From positions 1 to 64,000 of the forward strand of contig JBMOPW010000029.1 in assembly GCA_049322915.1 (NCBI GenBank): a stretch of DNA of 64,000 nt. The letters are read 5' to 3'. The notes below the pieces were generated by a model that was given only the letters and a program-made list of their open reading frames with translations, searched no databases and was not told the origin of the DNA. A program made the translations under genes and the position numbers. Shown piece by piece: positions 10,283 to 21,344 of the stretch (position 1 is the stretch's first letter; each line of letters opens with the position of its first letter). The stretch is from Candidatus Zhuqueibacterota bacterium (GTDB lineage Bacteria > Zhuqueibacterota > Zhuqueibacteria > Thermofontimicrobiales > Thermofontimicrobiaceae).

Positions 10283-12730
10283 ATGAAGAACGACAGCAGA
10301 GGACAGAGTTTCAAACGCATTGCGTTTTGGATCGCACTCACGGTGACCAGTGTTGCTTTTTCTCAAACCAATGAACTGCCTGGTATTCACGCAATTGAGC
10401 ACAGCTATTTCAAGCAGCAATATGCCCGTTCCGAATCCGCTCCGTTGTATGAAAAAGCGATTCCATTGCAGGAGAGAGCGTTCATCCCGGTTCGGGAAGT
10501 GTTCGGGTATCATCCCTATTGGATGAATTCCGCCTACCCCAATTATAACTACAGCGTGCTGTCCACCATCGCCTATTTTGGCGTCGATGTCAGCGCGACC
10601 GGTTACATCGACGACTACCATAGCTGGCCGGTGACTGGTCTCATTAATCTGGCGCACAGCCACGGCGTCAAGGTTGTTCTCGTCGCCATCAATTTCGATT
10701 CCGGTTCGCTGGAGACATTGTTGAGCAGCTCCACCAACCGCACGCGGCTCGTCAGGAATCTGCTGACGGCGGTGGAGAGCGCCAACGCCGATGGCGTCAA
10801 TATTGATTTTGAGGATTTTCCTTCGTCTCAGAAAAGCAATTTGAATCTCTTCATGAAGGCCCTGGCCGACACGTTTCACTCGCATCTTCCCAATTCATCG
10901 GTCAGCATCGCCCTGCCAGCGGTCAACTGGAGCAATAAATTCGATTATTACTCGCTGGCCACAGTCTGCGATGCGCTTTTCATCATGGGTTACAATTATT
11001 ATTGGGATGGCAGCAGCAACGCCGGCCCGGTGGCCCCGCTGTCCGGCTGGGGCACTTACAATATCACCTGGACTGTCAATGATTACCTGACCCGAACCCA
11101 GGGACAGAACGAAAAGATCATTCTGGGACTGCCGTATTATGGCATCAAATGGCCGACCTACACCGATGCTCGTGGCTCCGCCACGCTGGGATACGGATCG
11201 AGCGTCCGTTATTCTACCGCTGAAAGTGAAGCAGCGACACGTGGCAAGCGCTGGGATGCGGAATCGCAAACACCCTGGTACGCCTACCAGAGCGGGAGTT
11301 GGTATCAGGCGTGGTACGATGATAGTCTCAGCCTGAGCAAGAAATATCAACTGGCAATCGATCACGATCTTCTGGGAGTTGGCATGTGGGCGTTAGGCTA
11401 TGATGGCAGTCGGCAGGAACTCTGGGGCGCGCTCAAAGATTTTTTTGGCGGAAGCACGCCGCCAGTGGCTGTGGAGGATTTTCGCGCTCAGAATATTGGA
11501 GGGGGTTTGATTCAAGTCAGCGCGTCCACAGCGCCGGACGCCTCGGAGTATCGCGTCTATTTGAGCACCGACGGAGTTGCCTTTCGATTGAAAAGCGTCG
11601 CCACCCAACCGCAGGTCATGCTATCCGGTCTCAGCGCTGATTCCACTTACTTTTTCAAAATGACTGCGGCCAATGCATTCGGCGAAAGCCCGGCGACTGA
11701 AGTCCTCGGCGCAGCCCGGGCAGCGCGGTTGGCAGGGGTGCTCGTCGTGAACGGATTCGATCGTCTGACTGTGAGCGGCAATACCCGTGATTTCGTTATA
11801 GAGCACGGTTCGGCTATCAAAGCGGCCGGTCATGCCTTCGATTCGGCCTCCAACGAAGCGGTTCAGAAGGGGCTCGTTGACTTGAATGACTTTCAGGTTG
11901 TGGACTGGATTCTGGGATTGGAGTCCACCGACGATAAGACCTTCGACGCCCTGGAGCAGGAACTGGTGCGCGTTTTCATGAACCAGGGAGGACGGTTATT
12001 CGTCTCCGGCTCGGAGATCGGCTGGCATCTGGATTATTACGGAACCGCCAGCGACAAGGAATTTTACCACACCTATCTGAAAGCATCGTATGTGGTTGAC
12101 AAGGTTAGCGATTATTCTGTGGCCGGAACCGCTGATGGCATTTTTCAGGGTCTGGATTTTTCCTTTGATGATGGATCTCACGGCATCTATCGCGTGGGCT
12201 ACCCGGATGGAATCAGCGCCATTTCCGGGGGCGAAGTCTGTTTGATTTACAACAGTTCATACAATGCCGGCGTTCAATTCAGCGGAACCTTTGGCGCACA
12301 GGAGACAAAGCTCGTTCATTTCGGGTTTCCCTTCGAGACCATTTACCCGGAATCTGCACGCAACGATGTGATGGCGCGAGTACTGACCTTTCTCACTTCA
12401 TGGACCGGCGCCGAATTTCCGAATGATCCCGGCAAGGAAACGCTGCCATCGCAGCCCATGCTTTTCGAGAATTTTCCGAACCCGTTCAATGCCTCCACGA
12501 CATTTAAATTCTATCTTCCGGAAGCCGGGCATGTTCGTTTGGCCGTTTACAACGTTCGCGGCGAATTGACAGCGATCCTGCTCGACGAAGACGGTATTGA
12601 TTCCGGTTTTCACTCTCTTGCATGGAACGGAGCGACGCAATCCGCCGATCGAGCAGCATCCGGGATGTATTTTGTCAGGCTGGAGGTCGGGCGATTCAGC
12701 CAAACTCGTCGTGTGGTTTTGTTGAAGTAA
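10283..12730 (+). CDS. GH18 glycoside hydrolase with FN3 domain and T9SS-type CTD
   Basis: Catalytic 'DGVNIDFE'; 'IMGYNY'; 'GVGMWALGYD'; FN3 'YFFKMTAAN..GES'; 'ENFPNPFN'. Confidence 0.9.
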   Translation: MKNDSRGQSFKRIAFWIALTVTSVAFSQTNELPGIHAIEHSYFKQQYARSESAPLYEKAIPLQERAFIPVREVFGYHPYWMNSAYPNYNYSVLSTIAYFGVDVSATGYIDDYHSWPVTGLINLAHSHGVKVVLVAINFDSGSLETLLSSSTNRTRLVRNLLTAVESANADGVNIDFEDFPSSQKSNLNLFMKALADTFHSHLPNSSVSIALPAVNWSNKFDYYSLATVCDALFIMGYNYYWDGSSNAGPVAPLSGWGTYNITWTVNDYLTRTQGQNEKIILGLPYYGIKWPTYTDARGSATLGYGSSVRYSTAESEAATRGKRWDAESQTPWYAYQSGSWYQAWYDDSLSLSKKYQLAIDHDLLGVGMWALGYDGSRQELWGALKDFFGGSTPPVAVEDFRAQNIGGGLIQVSASTAPDASEYRVYLSTDGVAFRLKSVATQPQVMLSGLSADSTYFFKMTAANAFGESPATEVLGAARAARLAGVLVVNGFDRLTVSGNTRDFVIEHGSAIKAAGHAFDSASNEAVQKGLVDLNDFQVVDWILGLESTDDKTFDALEQELVRVFMNQGGRLFVSGSEIGWHLDYYGTASDKEFYHTYLKASYVVDKVSDYSVAGTADGIFQGLDFSFDDGSHGIYRVGYPDGISAISGGEVCLIYNSSYNAGVQFSGTFGAQETKLVHFGFPFETIYPESARNDVMARVLTFLTSWTGAEFPNDPGKETLPSQPMLFENFPNPFNASTTFKFYLPEAGHVRLAVYNVRGELTAILLDEDGIDSGFHSLAWNGATQSADRAASGMYFVRLEVGRFSQTRRVVLLK

Positions 12731-12852
12731 AAAATTCAGTGGCGGAGCATTGATATTCAAAACATTTGAATAAATTGGAGAGGCTGCATTTTCTTCAAAT
12801 GAGTCCGATGCAGTTGTTAAGAAATTTACTTCTTATGAGAAAGAGGAGCACT

Positions 12853-13212
12853 ATGGAGAAACAGCTTTATGTGTATAAGGCCAACGTCACCGACATCTAC
12901 GACGGCGACACCATTACTGTGAATATTGATTTAGGTCTATCCACCTGGATTCACGGCGAAAAAATCCGCCTCCATCGAATTGACACGCCTGAAATCCGCG
13001 GCGAGGAACGGCCTCTGGGTCTTGCAGCCCGCGACTATCTGTGCAGTCTCATCATGGACAAAGAAATCATTCTGCAGACCATCAAAGATCGGCGAGAGAA
13101 ATATGGTCGCTATCTGGGAGAAATCTGGGCGCTGAATTCTCAGGGTGAGTATTTTAATGTGAATGATAAAATGATCGCCGAAGGCTACGCCAAGCTTTAT
13201 ATCTATCCGTGA
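12853..13212 (+). CDS. Thermonuclease (SNase) family protein
   Basis: 'YDGDT..IRLHRIDTPE..EKYGRYLG..VNDKMIAEGYA'; GAGGAG RBS before ATG 12853. Confidence 0.9.
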   Translation: MEKQLYVYKANVTDIYDGDTITVNIDLGLSTWIHGEKIRLHRIDTPEIRGEERPLGLAARDYLCSLIMDKEIILQTIKDRREKYGRYLGEIWALNSQGEYFNVNDKMIAEGYAKLYIYP

Positions 13213-13313
13213 TACCGGCAGTTTCAGGCTCCTGGAGCACACATCCCCCCTGCATTGCACCACGAAGATGCTGCTGAAAGAGGCAGTTAAAATCCATGCC
13301 CCGGCGCTACAGC

Positions 13314-14960
13314 TTACGGCGACTGTACTTTCACGCCCGTCGGGGTTTCCGGAGCAGAGTGATCCGTCCCATCGAATTCAAAAGCCCCCATATCAGGGGA
13401 ACGCCCCGAGTACTTCAGGCTGACCGGGTCGCCGACCTGCCAGGAGATGAGCGCGTTCACTGCAATACGGCTGTTCTCATAATCGATGTGCAGAATGGCG
13501 ACCGGCGGATTGAATCCGACATTCACTTCATCGCCGCGCATCACTCCCCATCCATCGGTGAAATAGCCAGCATCTTCAACGTGCAGTTCGTAGCCAACGC
13601 CCGAATCGACGCACTCAGTCAGGAATGCGCCGGCATCGATACAGGGGGATTCCGGCGTCAGCGCGAAATTGTACTCGCTCTCATTCCTGAATTGTGGATT
13701 TGCATCGAAATTAGATTCGGTGAAAATCGGCGGATAGGCTTGAATCGCCTCCTGAAGGCTGAGCGCCAATTGGCTGAATTCAAAAAAATAGACTACGTCT
13801 GCTCCGACTGAACCGCTGCTGACCAAATTTCCGGAAAACTGATCAACGGGCATCGTTTGAACCTGACGGGTGTAGGCAATTTGGTAACCGCCTCCGGGCC
13901 CTGCGCCATTTCTGAAAATGATGTTATTTTTGAACACATTGGGACCGAATTGGACTGCCTGATTGTACACGGCCAGTTTCACGCCATACCATGAATTCGC
14001 TCCCTGGCTGAAATTATAAAAGACGTTATGGTAAATTTTATTGCTCCGAACATAGGGTCGATCAACGGTGGATTGCAATTCCAACGCAGCCGCATCGTTT
14101 GAAATGGTGACATCGATATTTCGAGTCAGTATGTTTCTCCGCACAATGCCATGTTCCGAACGGAGTTGAATGCCGCAGGCGCCATCGGCGTCGGCTCCGG
14201 GATTGTGAATTCGGTTGCCTTCAATGAGCACCCATTGGGTCAATGCCCCGGTGGCGATGGCATTGTCGCCAATATCGTGAATGTAATTTTCCTGAATGAT
14301 ATTGAAACGCGACTTGTCGCCGGCGCAGCAAATTCCGCCGTGCAAGGCGCCGGAGCATTCGTTGCCCGCCACAATGTTATACCAGGCGCCTGTCGTCTCG
14401 CCCACTTCGTCCAGGCCAATGTGGATACAGTCGCCTTCAATGCCTTCGCTGTGGATTCTGTTGCGGAGCACCTGGTTGAAGGAACTGCGGTCGCCGATTT
14501 CAATCCCGCACCAGCCTGTCTGCTGATTCATGGTGTTATCCCTGATAATACAATGATTACAACCCCCGGGATAGGATCGAACGAAATAATCGCACGCTTC
14601 AAAATACAATCCCTGAATGACGATATAATCCAGGCCGCTCAAATTCACTCCCTGAGGGCGCGAGTGAATCACTGCTATTTCGCTCTCAAATCCCCTGAAA
14701 ATAATCGGCTGATTTTCCGCTCCGCTGCGACCAGGCTGAATCGTCTCGCGATACCGCCCCTCACGAAGGTAAACGATATCCCCGGGCTGGACTGTTTCAT
14801 TGGCCTTGCCAACCGTCTGCCAGGGCAGAGCCTGAGCGCCAGGGTTTTGATCGTTTCCGTCCGGAGCCACAAAATAGATTTCAGCAAAGCTATTCTGACT
14901 GACAACCATCAGAAACAAAAGGATCATCGTTGAAATTCGTTTTTCAGTGAAAGATGTCAT
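13314..14960 (-). CDS. Secreted right-handed parallel beta-helix protein (pectate-lyase-like fold)
   Basis: 'YFVAPDGNDQNPG..PWQT..PGDIVYLREGRYRE'; Asn-ladder repeats; 'SPCIDAG..PDMGAFE'. Confidence 0.8.
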   Translation of the reverse strand: MTSFTEKRISTMILLFLMVVSQNSFAEIYFVAPDGNDQNPGAQALPWQTVGKANETVQPGDIVYLREGRYRETIQPGRSGAENQPIIFRGFESEIAVIHSRPQGVNLSGLDYIVIQGLYFEACDYFVRSYPGGCNHCIIRDNTMNQQTGWCGIEIGDRSSFNQVLRNRIHSEGIEGDCIHIGLDEVGETTGAWYNIVAGNECSGALHGGICCAGDKSRFNIIQENYIHDIGDNAIATGALTQWVLIEGNRIHNPGADADGACGIQLRSEHGIVRRNILTRNIDVTISNDAAALELQSTVDRPYVRSNKIYHNVFYNFSQGANSWYGVKLAVYNQAVQFGPNVFKNNIIFRNGAGPGGGYQIAYTRQVQTMPVDQFSGNLVSSGSVGADVVYFFEFSQLALSLQEAIQAYPPIFTESNFDANPQFRNESEYNFALTPESPCIDAGAFLTECVDSGVGYELHVEDAGYFTDGWGVMRGDEVNVGFNPPVAILHIDYENSRIAVNALISWQVGDPVSLKYSGRSPDMGAFEFDGTDHSAPETPTGVKVQSP

Positions 14961-15302
14961 GAGTCATACTTCGGATGAAGGTGAATCGCCCGGGCGCGTG
15001 CTGTATTTTGATTGAAAAATGTGACAGGAATTAATACAAAAAGCATACCAGCGAGAAAGCATTCCGGCATAAAAATGCCTGTGATGCCTACATTTTGGAA
15101 GTGAAATTGAGTACGAGTTGTATAAACTATGGCAGACGCTGCGTGAACCATCCACAGTGAACATGCTGGTGGTTGCCAATTATTTCCAAGTAAATCGGCG
15201 GCAAACCAACAGTGTCAATGGGTGAGGGTTGGCACTTCGAAGAATCTTGAAAATAGCTTAGAGCAATCGTTGAAGTGAGGGACGAAACCAATGCGGGCGT
15301 GG

Positions 15303-16430
15303 CTATCGCGGCGGTGGTTCATCCAGCATTGCCTCATAGATGAAGCGATACTGGTCGACCATTCTCTGGCGGGTGAATTTCCCGGTCGCAAACAATTTTC
15401 CATTGTGCCCGTGTTCACTGACAATATGCGGATGCTCGGTATAAAATTGAATGGCGCTGGCTAACGCGGCCACATCCCGCACCGGGACGATGAACCCTGT
15501 TTTCTGGTGCTCAATGAATTCATAGGCAAATAATAAACCAAATGCAATGGATGGTATTCCCGTCAAATAGCCTTCGATGAGGACGCGTGAGCCTCCTTCC
15601 TGAATGGATGGAATGACCAGAAACCGGCAGCGCGCGAGGACCCGATGGATATCACGACAATGGCCCAGAAATACAACGCTGTCGCTCAGTTGATAGCGCC
15701 GCACCAGGAGATCCAATTCCTTCGCCAGATATCCTTCTCCGGCGACCAGAACAACGATCTGCTTTTTCAGGCGTTCCGGCAGCGTTGACAGCGCTTGAAA
15801 TAAAAAAGTGTGGCCCTTCGATTCCACCAATCCGCCAATGATGCCAAAAACTATTTTGCTGTCGACATCGATCTGCGCCAGCTTCTCGTTGTCCGGCAGG
15901 GATGCGCCATTCTTGCTCAGCTCGATTCCGTTGTAAATGACATCAATTTTTTCGGCCGGGAAGGCAAACTGCTCGACCATGTTTCTTTTCACGCTCTCGC
16001 TGATGGCAACGACCCGGTCGCCCACGTCCCGGACAAACATTTTGTCATGAAAGACAGAGCGGGCAGTGTGCAGCGTTTGAAATTTACCGCGAATCAGCTT
16101 TCGGGCGAATTGAACCAAAATCGAGGTGAAGCGATGGTTGGAATGCACCAGATCCGGCTTCTCTTTTATCAGAACAGCGGCCAATAACAGAAAGGAAATT
16201 GGAAACAGCATCACCCGATGAAAGGGCAATTCGTAACACGTCACATTGGCCTGCCGCGACCGCTGCAACAACAGTCCCTTGTTTCCGACAAAAACAGTCG
16301 CACCAAATTCCTTTTTGAAATTCTCGATCAGGTCAATGACCCCCTGCTGAGCGCCGCCCCAGCCCTGACCGTCCCGATGTATGTACAGGATTTTTTTTCC
16401 CTTCAGAATCTCATGCGTTGCTGATGGCAT
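15303..16430 (-). CDS. Glycosyltransferase family 4
   Basis: 'GGAQQ', 'VIYNGI', 'KGH', 'PSIQEGGSRVLIEG'; likely start ATG 16430 overlaps the upstream gene end. Confidence 0.88.
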   Translation of the reverse strand: MPSATHEILKGKKILYIHRDGQGWGGAQQGVIDLIENFKKEFGATVFVGNKGLLLQRSRQANVTCYELPFHRVMLFPISFLLLAAVLIKEKPDLVHSNHRFTSILVQFARKLIRGKFQTLHTARSVFHDKMFVRDVGDRVVAISESVKRNMVEQFAFPAEKIDVIYNGIELSKNGASLPDNEKLAQIDVDSKIVFGIIGGLVESKGHTFLFQALSTLPERLKKQIVVLVAGEGYLAKELDLLVRRYQLSDSVVFLGHCRDIHRVLARCRFLVIPSIQEGGSRVLIEGYLTGIPSIAFGLLFAYEFIEHQKTGFIVPVRDVAALASAIQFYTEHPHIVSEHGHNGKLFATGKFTRQRMVDQYRFIYEAMLDEPPPR

Positions 16431-17643
16431 GATCCTTCCCCCTGACTTTTTTGATCGCATCCAACAATTGCGCCATGCCAAAAAGCATCCATGCCTGCAT
16501 GCTGATGAACGGCCCCTTGAGCTTGTAAACCGGTAACTGCTGATAATAAAAATACCCCTGTCTCGATTTAAAGTGATGCGCGGTCCATGTGAAAATATTT
16601 CTAGCGAAATCAACAGCAGCATCCGATTCATCGAGCAAATAACTCGACACGACCAGACTCTGGGCGCAGTCCCGGGTATCGATTCGCGTGAGCAGCGCGT
16701 CAGCATTGTTGGGCCTGCCTTCCAGGATGCGATGGATGGGTTTCCCGTTCCGGGCAAATAGCCGGGAACGCCAATAATCAATACCGAATTGCAGGGACTT
16801 TTGGTACCGCGTGTCTCCTGTAAAATGTCGGAATTTCAACAAGGCTTCCAGTATGAATCCTGTGTGAAAATTGTCCACATAGGGCGCGTTTTTATCATAG
16901 AGCCAGGACCCATCGGCGCGTTGCCAGCGCACCACATAATTGAAATTTTTGATGACAGCGTCCATGATGCCCGGGTCGGATTTGAAACTGAGAAATCGGG
17001 CGAACGTGCCGCACAGGACAGCGGGCAGGTTGGGAATGAACTTTGGATTGTTGGGGTGATAATTGAAAAAGCTCTCTGTATCGGACACCCGTTGCTGCGG
17101 CAGATCATTGAGAAAATAATCCACACCGGAACGCGCGAGTTCCAGATAGCGCGGTTCACCCAGAATTTCGTAGGCGGACATGAAGGCTTCCACTGCCATG
17201 CAGGTGATCAATGGCGAAGGCGTTTCACCGGTTGCGGCGTAGCCTTTCATGGCAATATTGTAATGCGTGCCCATGCTGAAAAGCGTTGTGGCCGACGAAC
17301 GATTTTTCATTAGCCAGTCCAAAAATATAATTGCCTGTCCCCGATATTTCGCGTCTTCGGTAATTTTGAACAGCAGCAAATAGGTATGCGCCAATAGCGC
17401 CATCGCCTTTGAGTATAATTTCGGTTCTTTGAAAAACCTGAAAATCGGTATCGGTGAGATTCGATTCAATTGCACCCAAAGCATTCTGACGGCACCGGGC
17501 ATTCGCTTCATGCCGGGAAAGAGCGCTGGTGAATCATACGGCTCCCAGCCCATGAATTTCGTCGACTCAAGATACCCGGCGAGCTGATTGATTTCCTCGT
17601 AGAGTTGTGTTTCGAGGGTTCTATTGCTTTGTAAGTTTTTCAT
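16411..17643 (-). CDS. (alpha/alpha)6-barrel protein of polysaccharide loci (epimerase/hydrolase-like, function unknown)
   Basis: 'GWEPYD', 'QRADGSWLY', 'DNFHTGF', 'GYFYYQ' motifs; embedded in the EPS operon. Confidence 0.6.
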   Translation of the reverse strand: MKNLQSNRTLETQLYEEINQLAGYLESTKFMGWEPYDSPALFPGMKRMPGAVRMLWVQLNRISPIPIFRFFKEPKLYSKAMALLAHTYLLLFKITEDAKYRGQAIIFLDWLMKNRSSATTLFSMGTHYNIAMKGYAATGETPSPLITCMAVEAFMSAYEILGEPRYLELARSGVDYFLNDLPQQRVSDTESFFNYHPNNPKFIPNLPAVLCGTFARFLSFKSDPGIMDAVIKNFNYVVRWQRADGSWLYDKNAPYVDNFHTGFILEALLKFRHFTGDTRYQKSLQFGIDYWRSRLFARNGKPIHRILEGRPNNADALLTRIDTRDCAQSLVVSSYLLDESDAAVDFARNIFTWTAHHFKSRQGYFYYQQLPVYKLKGPFISMQAWMLFGMAQLLDAIKKVRGKDHAISNA

Positions 17644-18706
17644 AAAGAGTTTTGAATTGTTCACAGACCACCGTGATATTGTACTTTGTCTCGGCGTCGC
17701 GCCGGTTTTGCGCTCTCATCTTTTTGCGCAAGGGGGCATCATCTAACAGGCGAATGATGCTTGCGGCCAGCATGTCAGGCGATTCGACCGGGACGATCAA
17801 TCCATTTTTTTCGTGCGAAATGATTTCCCGAAGCGCGCCAACGGGCGTCGCAATGATCGGCAGGCCAAACGCCATGGCCTCCAGCAGTGCATAAGGCATG
17901 CCCTCGGGATGGTGGCTCGGAAACAGGAATAGGTCGCCGCGACTCAGGAATTGCACCTTCTCCGCTTCGAGAATGTGGCCCAGAAATTTCACGCGACCGC
18001 ACAGTCCGTTGCTCTGGCAGATTGTTTCCAGTTTGGCCCGGTCATTCCCTTCTCCAGCAAATTGAAAACACGCCTGGGGGAACCTGTCCAGGACGGTCGG
18101 GATCGCCTCGAAGATGTCGTACACGCCTTTCATCTTTTCAACCCGGGAAAGAAACAGCACATTGTATTTTTCGGAATGCACTTTTCTCTCCGGCAGATTG
18201 AAGGAACAATCCACCATGTTAGGCAGAACGGAAATTTTTTCGTCAGGGACGAATCGGCTCACCGACTCCTTTTGTATATCCGTCAGCAAAACAATATGCT
18301 GCGCCAGGCGCAACATCAGTCGGAGATAGGCTGGCGGACGATTTCCGCGGATCAGATTGTCCATTGTGCCGCCGTGGAATTGCAGCAGTCCGACGCATCG
18401 CATCAGCCGGCACAACAGCAGCATCGGCAATTCCCGCAGCAGGGATTTTTTATCAAATGAAGGATTGAAATGCACAAGCGCAGGCCGGACAGTGATCAAC
18501 CGCAGCAGGAACCGTAACGGTGTCGCCAGAAATTTCATGGCAACTGAGATGGGACCATCGGAGTATTCCGGCCCAATGCGGAAGAGGGACACTGAAAAAT
18601 CATTTTTCAGCGGCGAATCCAGTAGCGTCCGCACATGTTGGGTGACGCCTCCCCGTCTCTTCAGAGAAGGTCCGACGATGATAATTTTCATGCGCGCGTC
18701 TTGCAT
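17621..18706 (-). CDS. Glycosyltransferase family 4
   Basis: 'PSHHPEGMPYALLEAMAFGLPIIATPVG'. Confidence 0.92.
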   Translation of the reverse strand: MQDARMKIIIVGPSLKRRGGVTQHVRTLLDSPLKNDFSVSLFRIGPEYSDGPISVAMKFLATPLRFLLRLITVRPALVHFNPSFDKKSLLRELPMLLLCRLMRCVGLLQFHGGTMDNLIRGNRPPAYLRLMLRLAQHIVLLTDIQKESVSRFVPDEKISVLPNMVDCSFNLPERKVHSEKYNVLFLSRVEKMKGVYDIFEAIPTVLDRFPQACFQFAGEGNDRAKLETICQSNGLCGRVKFLGHILEAEKVQFLSRGDLFLFPSHHPEGMPYALLEAMAFGLPIIATPVGALREIISHEKNGLIVPVESPDMLAASIIRLLDDAPLRKKMRAQNRRDAETKYNITVVCEQFKTLYEKLTKQ

Positions 18707-20175
18707 CAGTGATTGCCCGCAGCCAATTCGATCTTCTTCTTCGTTCCGTCAGCAATATCGATTTTGGCTGTCTCATCCAGAATCACCAGCGCGGCGCTGA
18801 TGAACCAGAACGGAAACGCCAGCACATCGTAAAACCAGACAGGGTTATAAATGATACCAACCACATAGGAAAACAACATGCCAACATATCCAACGGCAAC
18901 GGCCCGCCAGAATGGATCGTTCACCCGGCGATACACGCGCCGGCTCATTCGCCATAATTTGTAAAACAGGATGCCGTACAAAAGCAGACCCACATAGCCA
19001 AATTCCAGAATGATGGCTGTGAACTGAATGCCACCGATTTTACGGCCCATGTGCTGTTGATCCAATTTTCCACTGTACTTTTTGAAAAAACTCTCCGACG
19101 CATTGCCGGGTCCATAGCCAATGAGTAAATTCAACCCATTTCTGGCCAATAAATCATTGGCAACTTTGACGACCTGAAATCGGCCAAAGGCGCCTTCCTT
19201 TCGTAATTCCATGTTCAACTGGTAGAGCTTCTCCGGCGAGCGCAGGAATTTTTCGAAATTGCCCTCGTAGCGAATATCATGATATTTTATGGCGAACCAG
19301 CCGATCAATCCCATCATCATGAAAATGAGCGGCAGTTTCAAAATGTTTTTCCATGTCCATCGGTGCCCGGCCAGCCAGCAGAGGACAACAGCCGGAGGCG
19401 CGATGTAAAAACCGAATTGGCCGGAACCTAAAATCATCGGTAGTAAAAAGCCAATGGTCAATAGCAGGAAAATCCGCTTCCGCGTTTGACTGTAAAAACC
19501 AATCATCATGCTAATGGCGAAGCTCATCAACATCGCCATCGCACCGGTGGCCTTCCAGCCGAGAGTGCCGGACACGTTATCGGCGACATCCTCACCAATG
19601 ATGCCAAATTTTATGGTCTGCGCAATAGTGACAGGAATCTGAATCAGGGCCAGAGCAAACATAGCCATCACGATGGGTTTGTAAAACTTGCTATCCAATT
19701 CCACGTTGCGGAGAATATAAAACAACAGCACGTACTTGAAAAAATTTCTAAAGCCAAAAATAAACGTGGGCGCCGGGACATGATTATACAATGCGCTCAG
19801 CAGTCCCAGAGTCACAATGGCCAGAATAATGGTATCCAGAGTGGTTCGTTTAAACCGACTTTTACGCGCTTGCAGGTAAAGCATTTTTGCCGTCAACGCA
19901 ATGATGATGATATCCGGCAGCCAAGTTATCTCTTTGGGAATTATCCGAATCACCCCAAAGAGCCAGTTGAATAAAAAGACCGTGGCCAGAATAATGAGCA
20001 TGCCGATTTTGTTATTGATAAAAACCGTGAACAACAGCGCTCCGCCAAGGAAAATCAGCCAGAAGGTGGGCGATAATGTCAAGAACACCAATCCGGTGAG
20101 TCCCCCCAGACAGAACATTATGAAAATTTGGACTGGCGTCGGGCTGTATCTAAGTTTCAGGGATGGAGTGATCAT
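18706..20175 (-). CDS. Wzy/O-antigen-ligase-like polysaccharide polymerase
   Basis: 10+ TM helices; 'LIGYGPGN', 'ILEFGYVGL'; EPS context. Confidence 0.7.
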   Translation of the reverse strand: MITPSLKLRYSPTPVQIFIMFCLGGLTGLVFLTLSPTFWLIFLGGALLFTVFINNKIGMLIILATVFLFNWLFGVIRIIPKEITWLPDIIIIALTAKMLYLQARKSRFKRTTLDTIILAIVTLGLLSALYNHVPAPTFIFGFRNFFKYVLLFYILRNVELDSKFYKPIVMAMFALALIQIPVTIAQTIKFGIIGEDVADNVSGTLGWKATGAMAMLMSFAISMMIGFYSQTRKRIFLLLTIGFLLPMILGSGQFGFYIAPPAVVLCWLAGHRWTWKNILKLPLIFMMMGLIGWFAIKYHDIRYEGNFEKFLRSPEKLYQLNMELRKEGAFGRFQVVKVANDLLARNGLNLLIGYGPGNASESFFKKYSGKLDQQHMGRKIGGIQFTAIILEFGYVGLLLYGILFYKLWRMSRRVYRRVNDPFWRAVAVGYVGMLFSYVVGIIYNPVWFYDVLAFPFWFISAALVILDETAKIDIADGTKKKIELAAGNH

Positions 20176-20188
20176 GGTGCGTTTCTCA

Positions 20189-21343
20189 TCAATTTAATTT
20201 TTTCAAATAAGTTGACAGCTTTTCTGTCTGGTGATGCCAGGTGAACTTATCAAGAACCAATCGCCTGCCGGCTTCTCCCCACTCGTGCAGTTGGCCACGG
20301 TGTGAATAGGCAGTGAGAATGGTTTCCGCAATACGTTCCGGGGTGACGTCCGGCAGGTAAATGCCGGCGGAATTATCCTGCAACACTGATACATGCGCTT
20401 CGATACGGGAAACGATGACTGGCCGGGACATCGCCAGATATTCGAACAATTTCAAGGGAGAGCTTATCCTCCAGAATTCATAGTCCGGCAGTGGCAGAAT
20501 GCCGCAATCAGCAGCCTGGATATAATTGGGAATTTCATCCTGTGGGACTGGCGGCACGAGCTTCACGCAGTCCTGCAAATTCTTCTCCCGAATGAGGTGT
20601 TCAATTTTATCGCGGCTCGGCCCGGCGCCTACCAGGATGAGCGTTATCGGTTCAGCTTCTTTCGCGACGATCTCCATGGCGCAAATGGTTTCAATGATTC
20701 CCCTGTTCTCCGCCATGACGCCGTGATACAAGACAGTGAATTCACCGTTTTCAAATTGCTTTCGCCTGCTCTCGGAATTAAAAAGTGTGGTATTCACCCC
20801 GGAACTCCAGATGCCAATTTTATCCGGCGAAATGTTGTATCGCCCGACCAGCTTCGTCTTGAGAGCTGGCGTGATCACCGTGATGCCGTCGAAGAAAAGC
20901 TTGCCGGCAAGAATGGAGAGATAGATGATCTGCGTTTTGATTTTGCCGCTCAGCCCAAATGAGCCGACAGGCAAGGTGCGGATATCCAGCACAAATTTCG
21001 TCTTGATTCTGGCCAGGCGACTCAGCAGAATGGCCGGCAATAAAAATAATGCCGTGATGGGATGCGTCAACACAATGACCGGTTTCTCCGAAAACACCCA
21101 GTATAAAATCCGAAACAGCACCTGGAAATGGAATGAAATCGACATCAGCGGGAATCGGTTGATGACGCGAATTTTTCGGGCGTTCAGGGCCGGCGAATCG
21201 TTTCTTATGGTCGCGCCGTTCTGGTTGGCGTGAATGAGAAGCACCTGAAAGCCTTGCTCCGTCAAAATTCTGGACGGCTCAATCCAGGTGGCGCTATCCA
21301 GGTCCTGAAGCAGATCTTTTTGTACAATCCAGAATAGTTTCAT
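20189..21343 (-). CDS. Glycosyltransferase family 4
   Basis: 'SSPLKLFEYLAMSRPVIVS'. Confidence 0.9.
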   Translation of the reverse strand: MKLFWIVQKDLLQDLDSATWIEPSRILTEQGFQVLLIHANQNGATIRNDSPALNARKIRVINRFPLMSISFHFQVLFRILYWVFSEKPVIVLTHPITALFLLPAILLSRLARIKTKFVLDIRTLPVGSFGLSGKIKTQIIYLSILAGKLFFDGITVITPALKTKLVGRYNISPDKIGIWSSGVNTTLFNSESRRKQFENGEFTVLYHGVMAENRGIIETICAMEIVAKEAEPITLILVGAGPSRDKIEHLIREKNLQDCVKLVPPVPQDEIPNYIQAADCGILPLPDYEFWRISSPLKLFEYLAMSRPVIVSRIEAHVSVLQDNSAGIYLPDVTPERIAETILTAYSHRGQLHEWGEAGRRLVLDKFTWHHQTEKLSTYLKKLN

Positions 21344-21344
21344 A

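Noticed and set aside
15303..16781. 492-aa version of the GT4 ORF
   Set aside because: The first 117 codons overlap the upstream gene; ATG 16430 is the plausible start.
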